Assembly (NCBI GenBank): GCA_963804165.1 | Contig: CAWDPO010000017.1 | Span: forward strand, 394,178-458,177 | DNA length: 64,000 bases | Direction of reading: 5' to 3' | DNA from: an uncultured delta proteobacterium | GTDB lineage: Bacteria > Desulfobacterota > Binatia > UBA9968 | Shown: positions 62,772-64,000 of the stretch, piece by piece | Numbering within the stretch: the stretch's first letter is position 1 | Layout: the number at the start of each line of letters is the position of its first letter | The notes under the pieces: model-generated | Seen by the model: only the letters and a program-made list of their open reading frames with translations | Told to the model about the DNA's origin: nothing | Databases searched by the model: none | Program-made: the position numbers and the translations under genes

Positions 62772-63674
62772 GTATGAACGTAGGGACCGCTGGATCTTCT
62801 TTTGAAGCATCGGCCAGTTTCCATGCGCACGGCAGGGCGAAAAATCTTTTCCTCTTCTGTCGGGAGAAGCCCCTGGGAGCGCTCGCGGCCATTCTCCTTT
62901 TAGTCTTGGTACTGGCAGCCAGTTTTGCTGAGACCCTCGCGACCCACAACCGAGTCGGACCAATGCGGAGCACACGCTGGCTCGTCCCGATCACGTCCAC
63001 TGGTTCAGGCACCGACAATCTCGGACGAGACATCTACAGTCGGATCATTTACGGCGCTAGGATTTCTCTCGCGGTGGGGATCGCCTCGACTCTTCTTGGC
63101 GCCGTGTTTGGAGGAATCATCGGGGTCATCTCGGGCTACTTCGGTGGATGGTTCGACCTGATGACGCAACGCATGATGGACATCCTGCAGGGATTGCCGC
63201 TCCTGATTCTAGCGTTGGTGATGGCGGCTGCCCTTGGACCTTCTATCGGAAACGTCATAGTAGCCATCTCGGTGCCCATCATACCGAGGGCGCAGCGTGT
63301 GATCCGTGGGAGTGTCATCGTCATTCGCGAATTCGCTTATATCGAGGCAGCAAGGGCCCTGGGGGCTCAGACATTCGAGAATAGCTTTTCGTCATGTGCT
63401 GCCAAATACGATCGGTCCTTTCATCGTGTTGATGACCGCTCAGTTCGGCGGCGCGATCCTCGTCGAGGCTGCGTTGAGTTTCTTGGGACTCGGTGTTCCA
63501 GAACCCTATCCCTCGTGGGGCAGAATGCTTTCCGTCTCGGCGGCCGAATTTGCCCAGAAGGCGCCGTGGCTTGTCCTTTTCCCTGGAATCGCGATCAGCC
63601 TGGTGGTTTTTGCCTCGAATCTTCTCGGCGATGCTGTCCGCGACAAACTCGACCCGCGACTACGCGGAGCGTAA
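62768..63674 (+). CDS. Peptide ABC permease DppC/OppC (frameshifts)
   Basis: GTDNLGRDIYSRIIYGARISL, RHVLPN, EAALSFLGLG. Confidence 0.85.
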
Positions 63675-63732
63675 AAGCGAAACAATCTAACCGGAAGGGC
63701 TTAAGCAAAAAAGTTTCTGCGGGATATTGTGA

Positions 63733-63881
63733 TCGTCGATGCCCTGCCGTCATGACCCACGCCTCGATTCTCAAACAAGAACGCAAGAAAGCGACTCGAT
63801 GACGGTCTGATCCGTTTGTCAGTGGGGATTGAACACCTACGGGATCTTCTTGAGGATCTGAGGCGAGGACTGGGGCGGTAA
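63733..63881 (+). pseudogene. Third copy of the cystathionine gamma-lyase 3' end, including a stop codon
   Basis: PAVMTHASILKQERKK...DDGLIRLSVGIEHLRDLLEDLRRGLGR* matches 54278-54429. Confidence 0.92.
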
Positions 63882-64000
63882 CGCGAAATGGCCAAAATCG
63901 TCCGCAGCGATAGATTTCCCGAGCGCTGTTCGATCCGCAAACGTCGTTTCATCTAAGCGTCCGCTTAGCTCGACCACGCGCTAGAGAACTCTACTTAGCC

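Noticed and set aside
4908-63674. Frameshifts in ~18 genes as mass pseudogenisation or programmed frameshifting
   Set aside because: They are scattered single-base indels with otherwise intact motifs and no shared slippery site; uncorrected long-read error is the simplest explanation. Read polishing would confirm.

Overview
GC-rich bacterial chromosomal window. Its many solute-binding proteins (SBPs), CoA transferases, TAXI-TRAP transporters and palindromic or short tandem repeats resemble Candidatus Binatia/Binatota; this taxonomy is an inference. About 18 genes carry single-base frameshifts that look like long-read errors. The backbone is uptake and catabolism: 17 SBPs, ABC/TRAP permeases, hydrolases, a ThDP E1 pair, a MetE-like enzyme and cystathionine beta-synthase plus gamma-lyase. 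Six things stand out. (1) A compact three-gene operon at 8608-11954 (Mrr-like PD-(D/E)xK nuclease, unknown winged-helix-like protein, P-loop ATPase) is a candidate undescribed anti-phage system. (2) A complete IS110/IS1111 element at 1743-3059 sits inside a REP-like palindrome, and its putative bridge/seek RNA contains two guide segments matching that target. (3) Integrase-less cargo modules are bounded by duplicated 3' ends of protein genes (tim44-like x2, cystathionine gamma-lyase x3). (4) attC-like sites suggest integron cassettes without an integrase (22.3-23.6 kb and 29.3-31.5 kb). (5) Three paralogous alpha/beta-hydrolase-fold proteins have Ala instead of the catalytic Ser. (6) SBPs greatly outnumber permeases. 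No rRNA, tRNA or CRISPR array was recognised.
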